NCBI RefSeq assembly: GCF_004010195.1
Contig: NC_057719.1
Location: forward strand, 78,276,359 to 78,322,421
Source of the DNA: Chiloscyllium plagiosum
Lineage: Eukaryota
Direction: 5' to 3'
DNA length: 46,063 nt
Under the pieces are notes generated by a model. That model saw nothing but the letters and a program-made list of their open reading frames with translations. It had not been told where the DNA came from and did no database searches. Below are positions 35,901-46,063 of this stretch, one piece after another. Positions within the stretch are counted from its first letter, which is position 1. Each line of letters opens with the position of its first letter. A program made the position numbers and the translations under genes.

Positions 35901-36174
35901 ATTCAATTTGCCTCCCAATTCTAATATTATCTAGTGATTAATCTTATGGAGGATGGATATCACTCACAAGAAGAATCAGGCCTATTCACATGTGGTCTCT
36001 GAAAACTTTATTGATATTCAATACATGTGAATCAATGCATTTGGGAGAGGAGTCAAGAAGCATGAACCATGCGTAAAATATCTTTATTCCCATCACTCCT
36101 AATTTGCCTATTTGAAATACATTTTTGCATCTCAAAGCTGGTATTGTTAGTATAGGTTAATTAAATACTTTCTT

Positions 36175-36282
36175 CCCTTAGCAGAGGCCTCTTTCTCTCT
36201 GGCTAATCATAAGGCCAGATTCAAATCCCACCTACACCAGAAGTATGTCATAACATGTCTGAACAGGTTTCTTAGAAATATT
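36175..36282 (+). mobile_element. Short tRNA-derived SINE (family E)
   Basis: agattcaaatcccacct B box followed by tgtcataacatgtctgaacaggtt. Confidence 0.55.
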
Positions 36283-36373
36283 TATACCTCCCCAAAGCTG
36301 AGAACAGCACTACTGTGATAATTGCATTATCCTCTTTTTAAGATTGTTAATTGGTTGCTGAATTAATGAATAT

Positions 36374-36543
36374 GGAGAAAGTGAGGACTGCAGATGCTGG
36401 AGATCAGAGCTGAAAAATGTGTTGCTGGAAAAGCGCAGCAGGTCAGGCAGCATCGACGTTTCGGGCATAAGCCCTTCTTCAGGAATGAGGAAGGTGTGCC
36501 AAGCAGGCTAAGATAAAAGGTAGGGAGGAGGGACTTGGGGGAG
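36374..36543 (-). mobile_element. Penelope-like family A, 5'-extended copy with an internal deletion
   Basis: rc ...cttcctcattc CTGAAGA a gggc-ttat-gccc GAAAC GTC gatgctgcc. It lacks the tctcctg...ggat segment present in other copies. Confidence 0.85.
36451..36487 (-). ncRNA. Minimal type I hammerhead ribozyme motif
   Basis: cauuc CUGAAGA a gggc-uuau-gccc GAAAC GUC gaug. The core is intact. Confidence 0.78.
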
Positions 36544-36944
36544 CCAAGATTTAAGCTAAGATTAAAAAAAAACACAAGAAATGAAAGGGCAGTAGGGCTA
36601 CACATTTTTCCTCAATAAAACCAAACAAAAGTTAGAATTCACACTGATCTGTTTAAGTACTTCCTTCAATGAATCAGGTCTTAACTAGACAACCTTGTTA
36701 AGATATAAATTGAAAATGAATAGAAGCTCTGAATGCAGTGTTGTTACTGAATATCCAACAACAATTTTACATTGATGAGTAAATAGCTGTGTTAATTGCA
36801 ATCTATCCAGTGTTGAGCTGTTTTTCTCATTACATAGTTTTGATGAGTCAAAGCAAATCATCCAATCCTTTAATAGCTTGCCAATTAGCATGTCAGTGGG
36901 AAATGTATATGGAGATATATCATTGAATGGGGTCTTGTATAAGT

Positions 36945-37003
36945 TGCCTTCTCTATCCACAGATATTGCCTGACTACTGAGTATTCCTAGCATTTTCTGT
37001 TTT
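36945..37003 (+). mobile_element. Penelope-like family D remnant
   Basis: ttctctatccacagatattgcctgactactgagtattcctagcattttctgtttt is homologous to 28938-28978. Confidence 0.55.
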
Positions 37004-39191
37004 GATTATGATGCTGGGTTAAGTCCGTGTCCCATTTGGCAAACAAACAAACTGATTTTGGGTGCATCAAACAAGAAATGGTTGCAATTGAATTAGTATC
37101 CATTTAATTTGTGTGACTGTACAAAATGTATGCTTATTTAAACATAATATTCTCCTTAGAGAAGAATTAATATTGATTTTTGTGTTTTGGTTTTGTTAGT
37201 AGGCCAATGGGGGAAAAAAAATCACTTTGACCACCTCCATCGTAACTCTAGAATTAAATATATCAGACAGCAGGAAATGTTTTATGTTGAATAGACTGGC
37301 GAGTTTCTTCAAAATGGTCATGCATAAGTTTGTCTTGCCTGCTGCCTTTCCTGTTCCTCAAGTTCATCATTTGAATATTTGCACTAATTACAAGTGATGA
37401 AGATGATTATTGTATGATAATTTAGTATTTTTAAGATAGAAGTGTAATCTTTTGAAGTGATTTGCATTGAGTGATTGCTGTTGCATGTGGTCTGAAAGGG
37501 TTAATCCCACCCACTTGATGGTGTCCTGTGGTATTCTGAATAGAACAGCTTAGAATCTCATTGGAGTGACACCGAGCTTTGGATTCTCCTCAAAGTTTTT
37601 CTAATAATATCTCTAGTATCAAGATTGCCTGTGGCCAGTTGGTGACATGCAATAAACTATATCATGTTAACTACAACAAACTCCTCTAATTAGAGCAGGA
37701 AGTGGTTTTCCTCTACCAAACTGGGTCAAGCAGGCCCTGTAGACCCTATACTTAAGGATGATGGTGACAGTAATGTTTATCAACAGTAGCTGTTAGAGCA
37801 TTGAGCACTGCTGTGCCCAAACAACAATTACTAGACAGTAAATGTGCTGAAAATTGCTCATATTTGCCTGCTGTCTGAAAGCTCACTACTTTATCCAGAA
37901 AATAGTTTAGATTGCACCAATCAGTGTCATCCTCTTGTATTTACCATGGTACAGGAGAAAGGGGGATTGGGGGGGTGGAGACGGTTGTATTCACTAGGGT
38001 CCATGCCTCCAGGGTGGCTCTGTGCTCATTGGCCATTCACATTGATGGATTACTTAACCAGTGCCCAGAGCAGCCAATCAGACACACCTGACTGAAAGGA
38101 TACTTGGCGAACAACAAGCTGAACAACAATCATTGACTAAGGAGCATGTGTCAGTTCCTCATTCCTCCTAATGTACCAAGTGTCAATACTTGGAATTCAA
38201 GTGAATACTTTATTGCAGACCTGACTGAAAGCTGTTGCAGCAGAAGCTGAGGTTAAGTAAAGTGCCTCACCACCAGCCCCAATCTTGATGGTGCATGGCC
38301 CTGAACCAGACCCTTCCCATATGATTCCTGCAGCTCCACTACACCACACATGCCCCACAGAGTGAGTGCATGCTCGTGAGTATATTCATATTCACCTTCG
38401 GGGCATGGACCAGATGGGTCAGGGGTGAAAAGGTACCTGAGTTGAACCTCGAGACAGTAGATTTGTTTAGCTTATATATGTAGAGATCTTGTTTCATGAT
38501 GAACACTACATAAAGACTCCTGTTGTAAATTTGTTTGGTGCGATTACAGGGCAGCTGCTTGATAGAACAATTCGGTCAGCTCCAGCAAACAGAAAAGCAA
38601 AATTCAAATGGGTGATCTGTCATCCAAGCAGTGTGATAATAACTCAGAAATCACTTAAACTCACTTACGTCTATATATTTCTATTAGTAATATATAGTCC
38701 GTTTGTGGTGAAGTCTATGAAGTGCTATTATTCCATTTTCGGTTGAAAGCTTTGCCAAATCATCTGTACCTGGCAATATATATTGTCACCATGTACTAAC
38801 AATGCAGAATGAAGTGACACGGAAAGAAACCAGTGGCTAATTTTTTGGTCAAGAATTCAATCACTTTGATTCTTTCTTGTAAGGAGGTAGCCAGAAATCA
38901 AATTAAATGTACAAGGAAAACAAAAGTGGCTTTAGACTGCCATTGTGTAAGCCTAAAGTCATGGTAAGATTTTCTGATAACTTCTACATCACTGAGTCTC
39001 CCACAGCCTTTTCTCGATGAATATGGCTGGCAGTCCATTGCACACCACCTCTTAGCTGACTCAGTGAACAAGAGTTGTAGGCTGGAAATCAGTCCAGGCG
39101 AAGGCTGCTGCTGACGGATATGGACGTCAGTCGAATCCCTGAGCACGCAGGAATAAGGAAAAGTGACCTATGTGACACATCCAATGATGGT

Positions 39192-39214
39192 GGGGGGGGG
39201 GGGGGGGGGGGGGG
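39192..39214. repeat. Poly-G tract (23 nt)
   Basis: Read directly from the sequence. Confidence 0.9.
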
Positions 39215-39713
39215 ATAAGCCCCTTTTCTGTTCTGTCTGATAATGGTGCATCCACATCCTGTAGATGCTCCCCCTCAGTGCTAATTCACTTGTGATCTGT
39301 ATGAAAAATGGTTGAGGCTAGGACATATTATTCAAAGAGCAGCATTAATCTTGTTCTGTTCCAGTGTACTGTGAGATGACTTTTAAGGAAAGAAGACAAT
39401 GGGTGATCACAATACAAAATTGTGCTACTCATGGATCATTTTTGTGACCTTATATTTACCTCACAACCCAGACTTCACTTTCAAAGAAATTGCTAGAGGG
39501 GTAGTGAAGTCCTTTGGAGACCTGTAGAGGTGTACCATGAACAGGCTTTAAGGAAACAATGTGCAAAGTTCCACTAGGTTTAAGAGACCCAGAGCAGTTG
39601 CTCAGATATAAAACTATGCCCAGGCAACTTTCTACCAACAAAATACTTATTCTACCATTGACCACCTTGGCTGTGTGCTGCTGCTCCTCAAAGGATCTCA
39701 CTGGTCACGGATG

Positions 39714-39773
39714 ATGCATGTGCATGCATGCATGCACAAACACAATCGTGCACACACACACACACACACACAC
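39714..39773. repeat. (ATGC)n followed by (CA)11 microsatellite
   Basis: Read directly from the sequence. Confidence 0.9.
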
Positions 39774-40914
39774 CCCCTGGTGTGTCTTGCTCAACAGACA
39801 TACTCAATTACTCCACCCCACACCCACAACACAAACCTCACAGCATCCCTAACTCGCTGGACACCCTTCCAGTGTGGGCTTGCTGTCACATCCCAACCTC
39901 CTCCAGCCCGGGCCTGTTTATCAAAGTTGACTTCCCACCATTGTTGCTACAGATTTGGTGCCTTGCTGTCTTCCCACTGGAATTTGGCTGTCAGTTTCCA
40001 TGGTTGGAATTCTAATTCAACAGCTCCAGTCTAGTTTCCATTGCTCTTCCTGCCCCAGTTGGCTTGGTGGCATGTTGGCCTATTATCAGAGTCTTTTGGA
40101 ACTGTGCATATAGGAGGAATGAGTTGACAATATCGAGCTAATTCCATGAAGTAATTCCATATTTACAATGAGGAGAAACTGGCTGAATTTCTCCCCCTGC
40201 AGTACAGTGTCTGCTATTGGTTTCACTTGTCCTCTTGAGCATGAGCAATGCCAATGTTTAACTAAGTTTGAAGACTGAACTGTATGAACTGTCTATTTCC
40301 TAGATTTGTAAAAGTTGGGGATACATTCAATGGAATGAATGGTGAGCCAGCAGTGATTTTAAGGGGAAGCTCTCCTTTCAAACTTTGCAGAGCCAGCTCC
40401 ACTCCACCCCCTGCTTAGTTGTATGTTCCAAACAGAGATGGCAGAAGAAGTGTGACCAGCAACATGATTGACTCGAGATGGGGAACCTAGCAAGGCAGCT
40501 GCTCTTAAAGGTCTTTTTAATTAACTATTTATAGTGGGAATAACGGGGGAAGGCGGAATGTGAGAACGATATTTCCTTTTGGAGCTTAACGTGCACATCA
40601 CAGCTTCTGGGTCTCATCGGAGGTGATGCCAGTTTCTGCAGGTATAACAAACTATTTTCACAGTGCTTTAGAATGTCTACTTATGCTTTAAAATCTGGTT
40701 TCCATGTTTTTCAACAGCTTTGTGTATTTTTCTTTGGTTACGCCTGGGTTTGGACTTAAGTAAGCACAGTGAGCATCAGTTGGAAACAGACTCAATCACG
40801 GTACAATTGAATGTTAGCAGTTTTGATGTTTAATGATGGTTGAAGGTGGCAGTAAAGGATGTCAGACAACTCTGCCCATCAGAGTGAAAGTCTACCTTTC
40901 CAGCAAAACAATCC

Positions 40915-41247
40915 AAAATAGACAAAGTCTTTTCCCTGGGGTGGGGGAGTCCAGAACTAGAGGGCATAGGTTTAGGGTGAGAGGGGAAAGATATAAAAGA
41001 GACCTAAGAGGCAACCTTTACACACAGAGGGTGATACGTGTATGGAATGACCTACCAGAGGCAGTGGTGGAGGCTGGTACAATTGCAACATTTAAGAGGC
41101 ATTTGGATGGGTATATGAATAGGAAGGATTTGGAGGGATATGGGCCAGGTGCTGGCAGGTGGGACTAGATTGGGTTGGAATATCTGGTCGGCATGGACAG
41201 GTTGGACTGAAGAGTCTGTTTCCATGCTGTACATCTCTATGACTCTA
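40915..41247 (+). mobile_element. HER1/CR1 LINE 3' end, young
   Basis: RQSLFPGVGESRTRGHRFRVRGERYKRDLRGN.YTQRV.RVWNDLPEAVVEAGTIATFKRHLDGYMNRKDLEGYGPGAGRWD*, then a 3' UTR ending ctctatgactcta. Confidence 0.93.
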
Positions 41248-41249
41248 TT

Positions 41250-41580
41250 ATTGTTATTACCTATGTACAGTGAAAAGTCTGGTTCTGAGTGCTGTACAGG
41301 CAGTTCATAGCATACAAAGGGTATTAGGGTAATAGAACAGAGCGAGGAATACAATGTTACAGCTGCAGAGAAAGAGCACAGAGATTGAGATCTACATTAA
41401 GTTTGAAATTTGGGAAGTCCATTCAGAAATCTAATAACAGCGGGGAAGAAGCTGTTCTTGAATCTGTTGCTTTTGTATCTTCTGCCCGATGGAAGAGGTT
41501 GGAAGCGACGATAACCGGGATGGGAGGGGTCTGTGATTGTATTAGCTGTCTCTCCAAGGCAGCGGAAAGTGTAGATGGTT
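41250..41580 (-). mobile_element. Rex1/Babar-like LINE 3' end
   Basis: The rc reads DPSHPGYRRFQPLPSGRRYKS-NRFKNSFFPAVIRFLNG, the typical Rex-Babar C-terminus. Confidence 0.75.
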
Positions 41581-42240
41581 TGCTTGGCATAAAGTGTAAT
41601 TTGTGAAGGGCAGAGATGTCTTCATTCTTTACAGCCTACCTCCTGCAGGATACCGAGAAAACCTTTCCCTCACATACACGTACTTCTCTTTCAGAAAAGT
41701 TGAATGATGTGAAGAACTTGTAAAGTGATGTATAACTAGTGAAAGGGGTATTGAGAACCAGTGGAGCAACCACATTGGGTACACATTCTATATTTCACAT
41801 AAGGGGGGAGAGAGCTATTCTGGTCATTGGGTGTCTGAATGAGTTTCTGGCAAATTCTAACTTCTGGAAGCCTTTTGTATGCTTCAAGGAGAAGATAGCA
41901 CCCAGCCACCTTCTTAGTGTGCGCGCTAGCTGGAGACTTTCTAAAAGTTTAGTAACTGTAGCATCTCAGGGAGATGCTGCTAGGCGTTTCGGGCCTGGAA
42001 TCTTTTTAAGAAGTTAGTAAGCCAAGGGTTTAATGTTGGAAAGCAATTATATTTCATTTATTTTACACTCATTACTGAATAAATGTAACATAAATGGCAA
42101 ACATTATACAAATATTATCATTTTTCCTCCAATACCTGTGAGACTTCTCAAGTAGAGACACTTGAGGCAGACCAAATACATGCTTAAGTCTGTTTTCTGT
42201 AGCTTACCCTTCTTAAGCTTATCTTTCTTAGAATAGGTTA

Positions 42241-42877
42241 TGAAATGACTCCACAGAGGCCGGTATCCCATCACCATGTCTGCCTTTATCCACACATGTA
42301 CAGTACTTGACACTGATGCAGCTCCCTCAGAGCCACCTCTGAGTAGACAGAACCTCTGACAATCCTGTTTATATCTGTCAGCCGGGACTTGCATTCACTG
42401 GAAATTAGAAGAATGAGAGGGGATCTCATAGAAACATATAAAATCCTGATGGGACTGGACAGGCTGGATATGGGAGGAATGTTCCTGATGTTGGGGAAGT
42501 CCAGAACTAGAGGTCACAGTGTAAGAATAAAGGGCAATCCATTCAGGACTCAGATGAAGAGGAGTTTCTTCACTCAGAGTTCTGAGCCTGTGGGATTCTC
42601 TCCCAGAAGGAGGCTGAGGTACATTAGATATATTCAAGAGGGCACTGGACATGGCTCGTGTGGCTAAAGGGACCAAGGGGTATGGAGAGAAAGTGGGAGT
42701 GGGATACTCCAATTGCATGATCAGCCGTGATCATATTGAATGGTGGTGCAGGCCTGAAGGGCCGAATGGCTTACTCCTGCACCTATTTTCTAAGTAAATT
42801 GGACTGGGTTAACAGCCCCACTCAGGGAACTCATATCCTATGAGGTCCACCTGGCTGACCTCGTTACAATCACTTCA
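42241..42877 (-). mobile_element. Solo LTR of an LTR retrotransposon, split by a CR1 insertion
   Basis: Inverted termini TGAA...TTCA, near-TSD ggtta/agtta, and on the minus strand a CCAAT box, TATA-like gatataaac and a degenerate polyA signal gataaa. About 230 bp once the CR1 is removed. Confidence 0.65.
42385..42792 (+). mobile_element. CR1 3' end
   Basis: GLHSLEIRRMRGDLIETYKILMGLDRLD...SRTRGHS..., with terminal gaagggccgaatggcttactcctgcacctattttcta. Confidence 0.92.
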
Positions 42878-43985
42878 AGTTACTAACCTTGAGCCAGAAT
42901 GATAGATTAAGGCTTGTCCGTATCAAACATGGCTGACCAGGGGCCTCACTCCACTCTTATCATTGACATATTAAAAGATGTTGCAGGTTGACAATTATCC
43001 TGTTTAACTAAGTTAAGAACCACATCTCTGGTCTGGACTGGGTCCTGAATCAGGAGTTTCTGGCTCGGGGCTTGTAATGCTACCTGTTGCTCAAGACCCC
43101 TTTCACCTGCTCTTTGATCTTTCAGAATAAAGTGGTATAATCTGGTGGCAGCAAGGACCTGAATCGTGAGAGAAGATCACACACTCCTTTTGGTGCAGGT
43201 GCATTCACAGCTTCAAATATGTTAGGAAATTTTACATAATGAACTTGAGGAGGTTTTCAGGAAGTGCTTTTGCAAGTGATGAGGAATAAAGGGAGTTGAC
43301 AGCCAAGAGACAGCATTGAGCTGTACACTGTCATAGTGTTTAGCATCTGTAGAGACAAGGAATTGGTTCCCTACTGGGCCAGTATTCAAAATAAAGATTG
43401 TTGATTTAAAAGGCTTTCAAAGTATCATTTGAGACTGAGCTGAACCCTAAGTATTGGAAGATGTGCACTTCAACTCTCTAAGTCACACTGAATGAAACAT
43501 TTTTACAACTGTAATGAGTGGCATTGTCTATCCCGTTCACAGGAAATCTGTAGAGGACAGAGAGAGAGAGAGAGACTAGGCTTGGGTTGTAGATTACCTC
43601 ACAGACACAGTGGGTCAGATTTTCAGAGTTTGGCCAACTCCGAAGACCTTTAGAAATGGCGAGAGGGTCCAGATGTGGGTATCCCACTCTGTTTCTGGTA
43701 GATGCCAATTTTGTTGGCAGTGAGATGAGGCCATGAATCTCAGATGGGAAATCTGAACTTGGAGCCATTTGAAATTAAACAGATTTCAACCAGATCCCAT
43801 TTTGCTGTTCAAAAAGAGCATTAAACCACAGAGTCACAAATTTATGCTGTGTATGTGAATATTGTCTCTTAAAATTTCATGATCTGAAGTTTTTTTTTAA
43901 AACTGCCAGTCCTTTAAAAATTAAGAAATATAGGCTGAAGCTCTCAGTTTGAAAAGAAAATCACTGACTGCTGTGCTACTTTGAC

Positions 43986-44128
43986 AGGAGAAAGTGAGGA
44001 CTGCAGATGCTAGAGATCCGAGTCAAAAAGTGTGGTGTTGGAAAAGCACAGCAGGTCAGGCAGCATCCGAGGAGCAGGAGAGTCAACGTTTGGCATCAGC
44101 CCTTCATTTCTACACCACACTTTTTTTA
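43986..44128 (-). mobile_element. Penelope-like family A copy with a short inverted remnant
   Basis: Family A rc at 43986-44107. acaccacacttttt (44112-44125) is inverted to aaaaagtgtggtgt (44025-44038). Confidence 0.8.
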
Positions 44129-45144
44129 CTTGGATTGACAGTCCATCTGGTATAAGCTGTAAAATACTATGACCACCCATTCTTTCCGTTTCAGTGAAGT
44201 TCTTCGAACGTTTTTGTAGGCCTGTTGTTCCAGCTGAGGTTATTATGAATCTGTAGCTGAGTTTCACAAACTCCAAAGGCATTTGTTTCAGTGGCAGGGA
44301 GTGCAGTTCACGTTGTAATTAACCATTTAAAGAGAGTATGAAAGGATTGGCTGATTTTGAGGTTGTTGCACAGAAATTTATTTGTTTTTTGTAAATGATT
44401 GACCACTTGAGACGGGTTTCATGAAGGAGAGTTCTTTGCTTTCTGAAACGTGTTTGAGTGCCGGCTCTGTTAGATTGTTAAAAATGTTTTTTATTCTTTC
44501 CATATAAGTTTTGGGGTCTGCCCAAAGTAGATTCTAGCAAAGTGATTATGTGGAGATGACATGGGAGTGACTGAGGTGTGAATTATGATGGTTAGAGATG
44601 ATAATAGTACCTAAAGTAACTTGGACAAAGGTCAAGGGAACTAACCCTGTAACCACCTTGCCTTGGCATTCTCCTGCCCTTGTGGCCACGTACAAATTGC
44701 TTATGGCATTGGCAATACACATCTATGTGCCATCACCTTGCCAGAGCAAAAATGGGTGCAGTGTGACCCTTTCATCTTGAGCTGAGTCAGTGGTTGTGGT
44801 CGAGCTTTAATTCTGGACAGGTTGACAGATTTATTTTTACAAACAAACTGTCATTTAGTCTTTGAAACACTTTTGTGTCTTAGTCAGTTCTATTGTCTGT
44901 TTTCAAATAGAATGCCAGTGATATGACAGGGGTAAGAAGCCTTCCCCTCAGATTGGCCATACACCACTCAAACCGACCTATCCTCACAATGGAGCGAAGG
45001 TAATGGCAGTCCATGGCTGCTAATGTCTTCATGAATATGTTATTTAGTTGCAGCAAGGCTCCCTCGTCACCTTTTAAACTGGAAGCAAAATGGGAACTCC
45101 AGTGCCCATGGCTGGCCATTAACCCCAGCAGCCTCCTCCTCTGG

Positions 45145-45570
45145 CAGCTTCCTGGTGCCAGGGTTAAAGACATCACAGACAGAGTGCAGGAAATCCTCAA
45201 GGACGAAGGTGAAGAGCCAGAGGTGGTGGTACATGTCGGCACAAATGATGTTGGGAAGAAGAGGAGGAACATACTACAGCGGGACTTCGGAGAACTAGGA
45301 AGAAGGCTGAAAAGCAAGACGTCCAAGGTGGTTATCTCCGGTTTGCTTCCAGTTCCTCTGACTGGTGAGGCCAGAAACAGGGAGATAATGGACTTGAACG
45401 TGTGGCTGGGGAACCGGTGCAGGAAGCAAGGATTTAAATTCTTGGATCACTGGGGTATGTTTTGTGGTAAGCATAAATTCTACAAGAGAGACGGTTTGCA
45501 CCTTAATAGGTTAGGGACCAGCATTCTGGCAGGCAGGTTTGCTACTGCAACACAGCTATGTTTAAACTAA
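45145..45570 (+). CDS. CR1 ORF1 C-terminal SGNH/GDSL esterase-like domain (5'-truncated, open)
   Basis: LPGARVKDI...VVHVGTNDVG...VVISGLLPV...LNVWL...GFKFLDHW...DGLHLN..GT.ILA contains SGNH blocks II, III (GxND) and V (DxxH). The first ~44 aa of the listed ORF are non-homologous flank. Confidence 0.88.
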   Translation, partial: QLPGARVKDITDRVQEILKDEGEEPEVVVHVGTNDVGKKRRNILQRDFGELGRRLKSKTSKVVISGLLPVPLTGEARNREIMDLNVWLGNRCRKQGFKFLDHWGMFCGKHKFYKRDGLHLNRLGTSILAGRFATATQLCLN

Positions 45571-45600
45571 GTAGCTGGGGGGGGGGGGGGAACAAACTGG

Positions 45601-46063
45601 ATGTTTAAGAAGGAAATTAGAGGGAAAGTTAGAACAAGGAAAGTCAAGAAAGACAACTGTATCAATGAAGCAGAAAATTCAGAAAGGGATCATGCTGTAA
45701 GGTTGAGTGAAATAGGAGTTGATGGGAAGGGTGAGGGCAGTAACAAATTAAAAATACTATACATGAATGCACGAAGCATTAGAAATAAGATGGATGAGCT
45801 TGAGGCTGTTTTGGAAATTGGCAGATACGATATTGTGGGGATAACTGAGACGTGGCTTCAAGTGGGCAGGGCCTGGGAAATGAATATTCAAGGCTACACG
45901 TGCTATCGTAAGGACAGACTGACGGGCAGAGGGGATGGGGTGGCCTTGTTGGTAAGGGAGAGTATTCAGTCCCTTGCACAGAGGGACCTAGAGTCAGGAG
46001 ATGTAGAGTCAGTGTGGATAGAGCTGAGAAATTGGACCTCAAGAAAGAGACTTTGTGGAGTGC
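45601..46063 (+). CDS. CR1 ORF2 N-terminus (APE endonuclease), open to the window end
   Basis: Manual translation: ...KLKILYMNARSIRNKMDELE...DIVGITETWL...IQGYTCYRKDR..GRGDGVALLVRE...ESVWIELRN, with no stop. Similarity appears to fade after ~46032. Confidence 0.88.
   Translation, partial: MFKKEIRGKVRTRKVKKDNCINEAENSERDHAVRLSEIGVDGKGEGSNKLKILYMNARSIRNKMDELEAVLEIGRYDIVGITETWLQVGRAWEMNIQGYTCYRKDRLTGRGDGVALLVRESIQSLAQRDLESGDVESVWIELRNWTSRKRLCGV

Noticed and set aside
45013..45570. Host GDSL lipase gene
   Set aside because: It is directly followed by a CR1 endonuclease ORF, so it is LINE ORF1, with a fortuitous upstream ATG.

Overview
This is a repeat-rich vertebrate window with no recognisable host protein-coding gene, so it is probably intronic or intergenic. 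HE1-type V-SINEs and HER1/CR1 LINE 3' ends point to a cartilaginous fish (a shark; inferred from the repeats). Nearly all ORFs in the supplied track are retroelement fragments or spurious antisense frames. The window holds many CR1 LINE pieces, two of which span the ORF1/ORF2 junction. It also holds a second CR1-like family, L1, L2, Rex-Babar and RTE 3' remnants, a solo LTR, and four SINE families. At least four families of short Penelope-like elements are present, carrying minimal type I hammerhead ribozyme motifs, often as inverted-repeat units with target-site duplications (TSDs). Two signals stand out. (1) The hammerhead-bearing units share one architecture: an inverted arm, a forward arm and a 30-40 nt unpaired tail. 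(2) Two divergent CR1 copies both have an in-frame U_UUA_AAC slippery heptamer followed by a G-tract at the end of ORF1, which suggests -1 frameshift expression of ORF2. Family names come from remembered consensus motifs, not database searches, and boundaries of degraded repeats are approximate.
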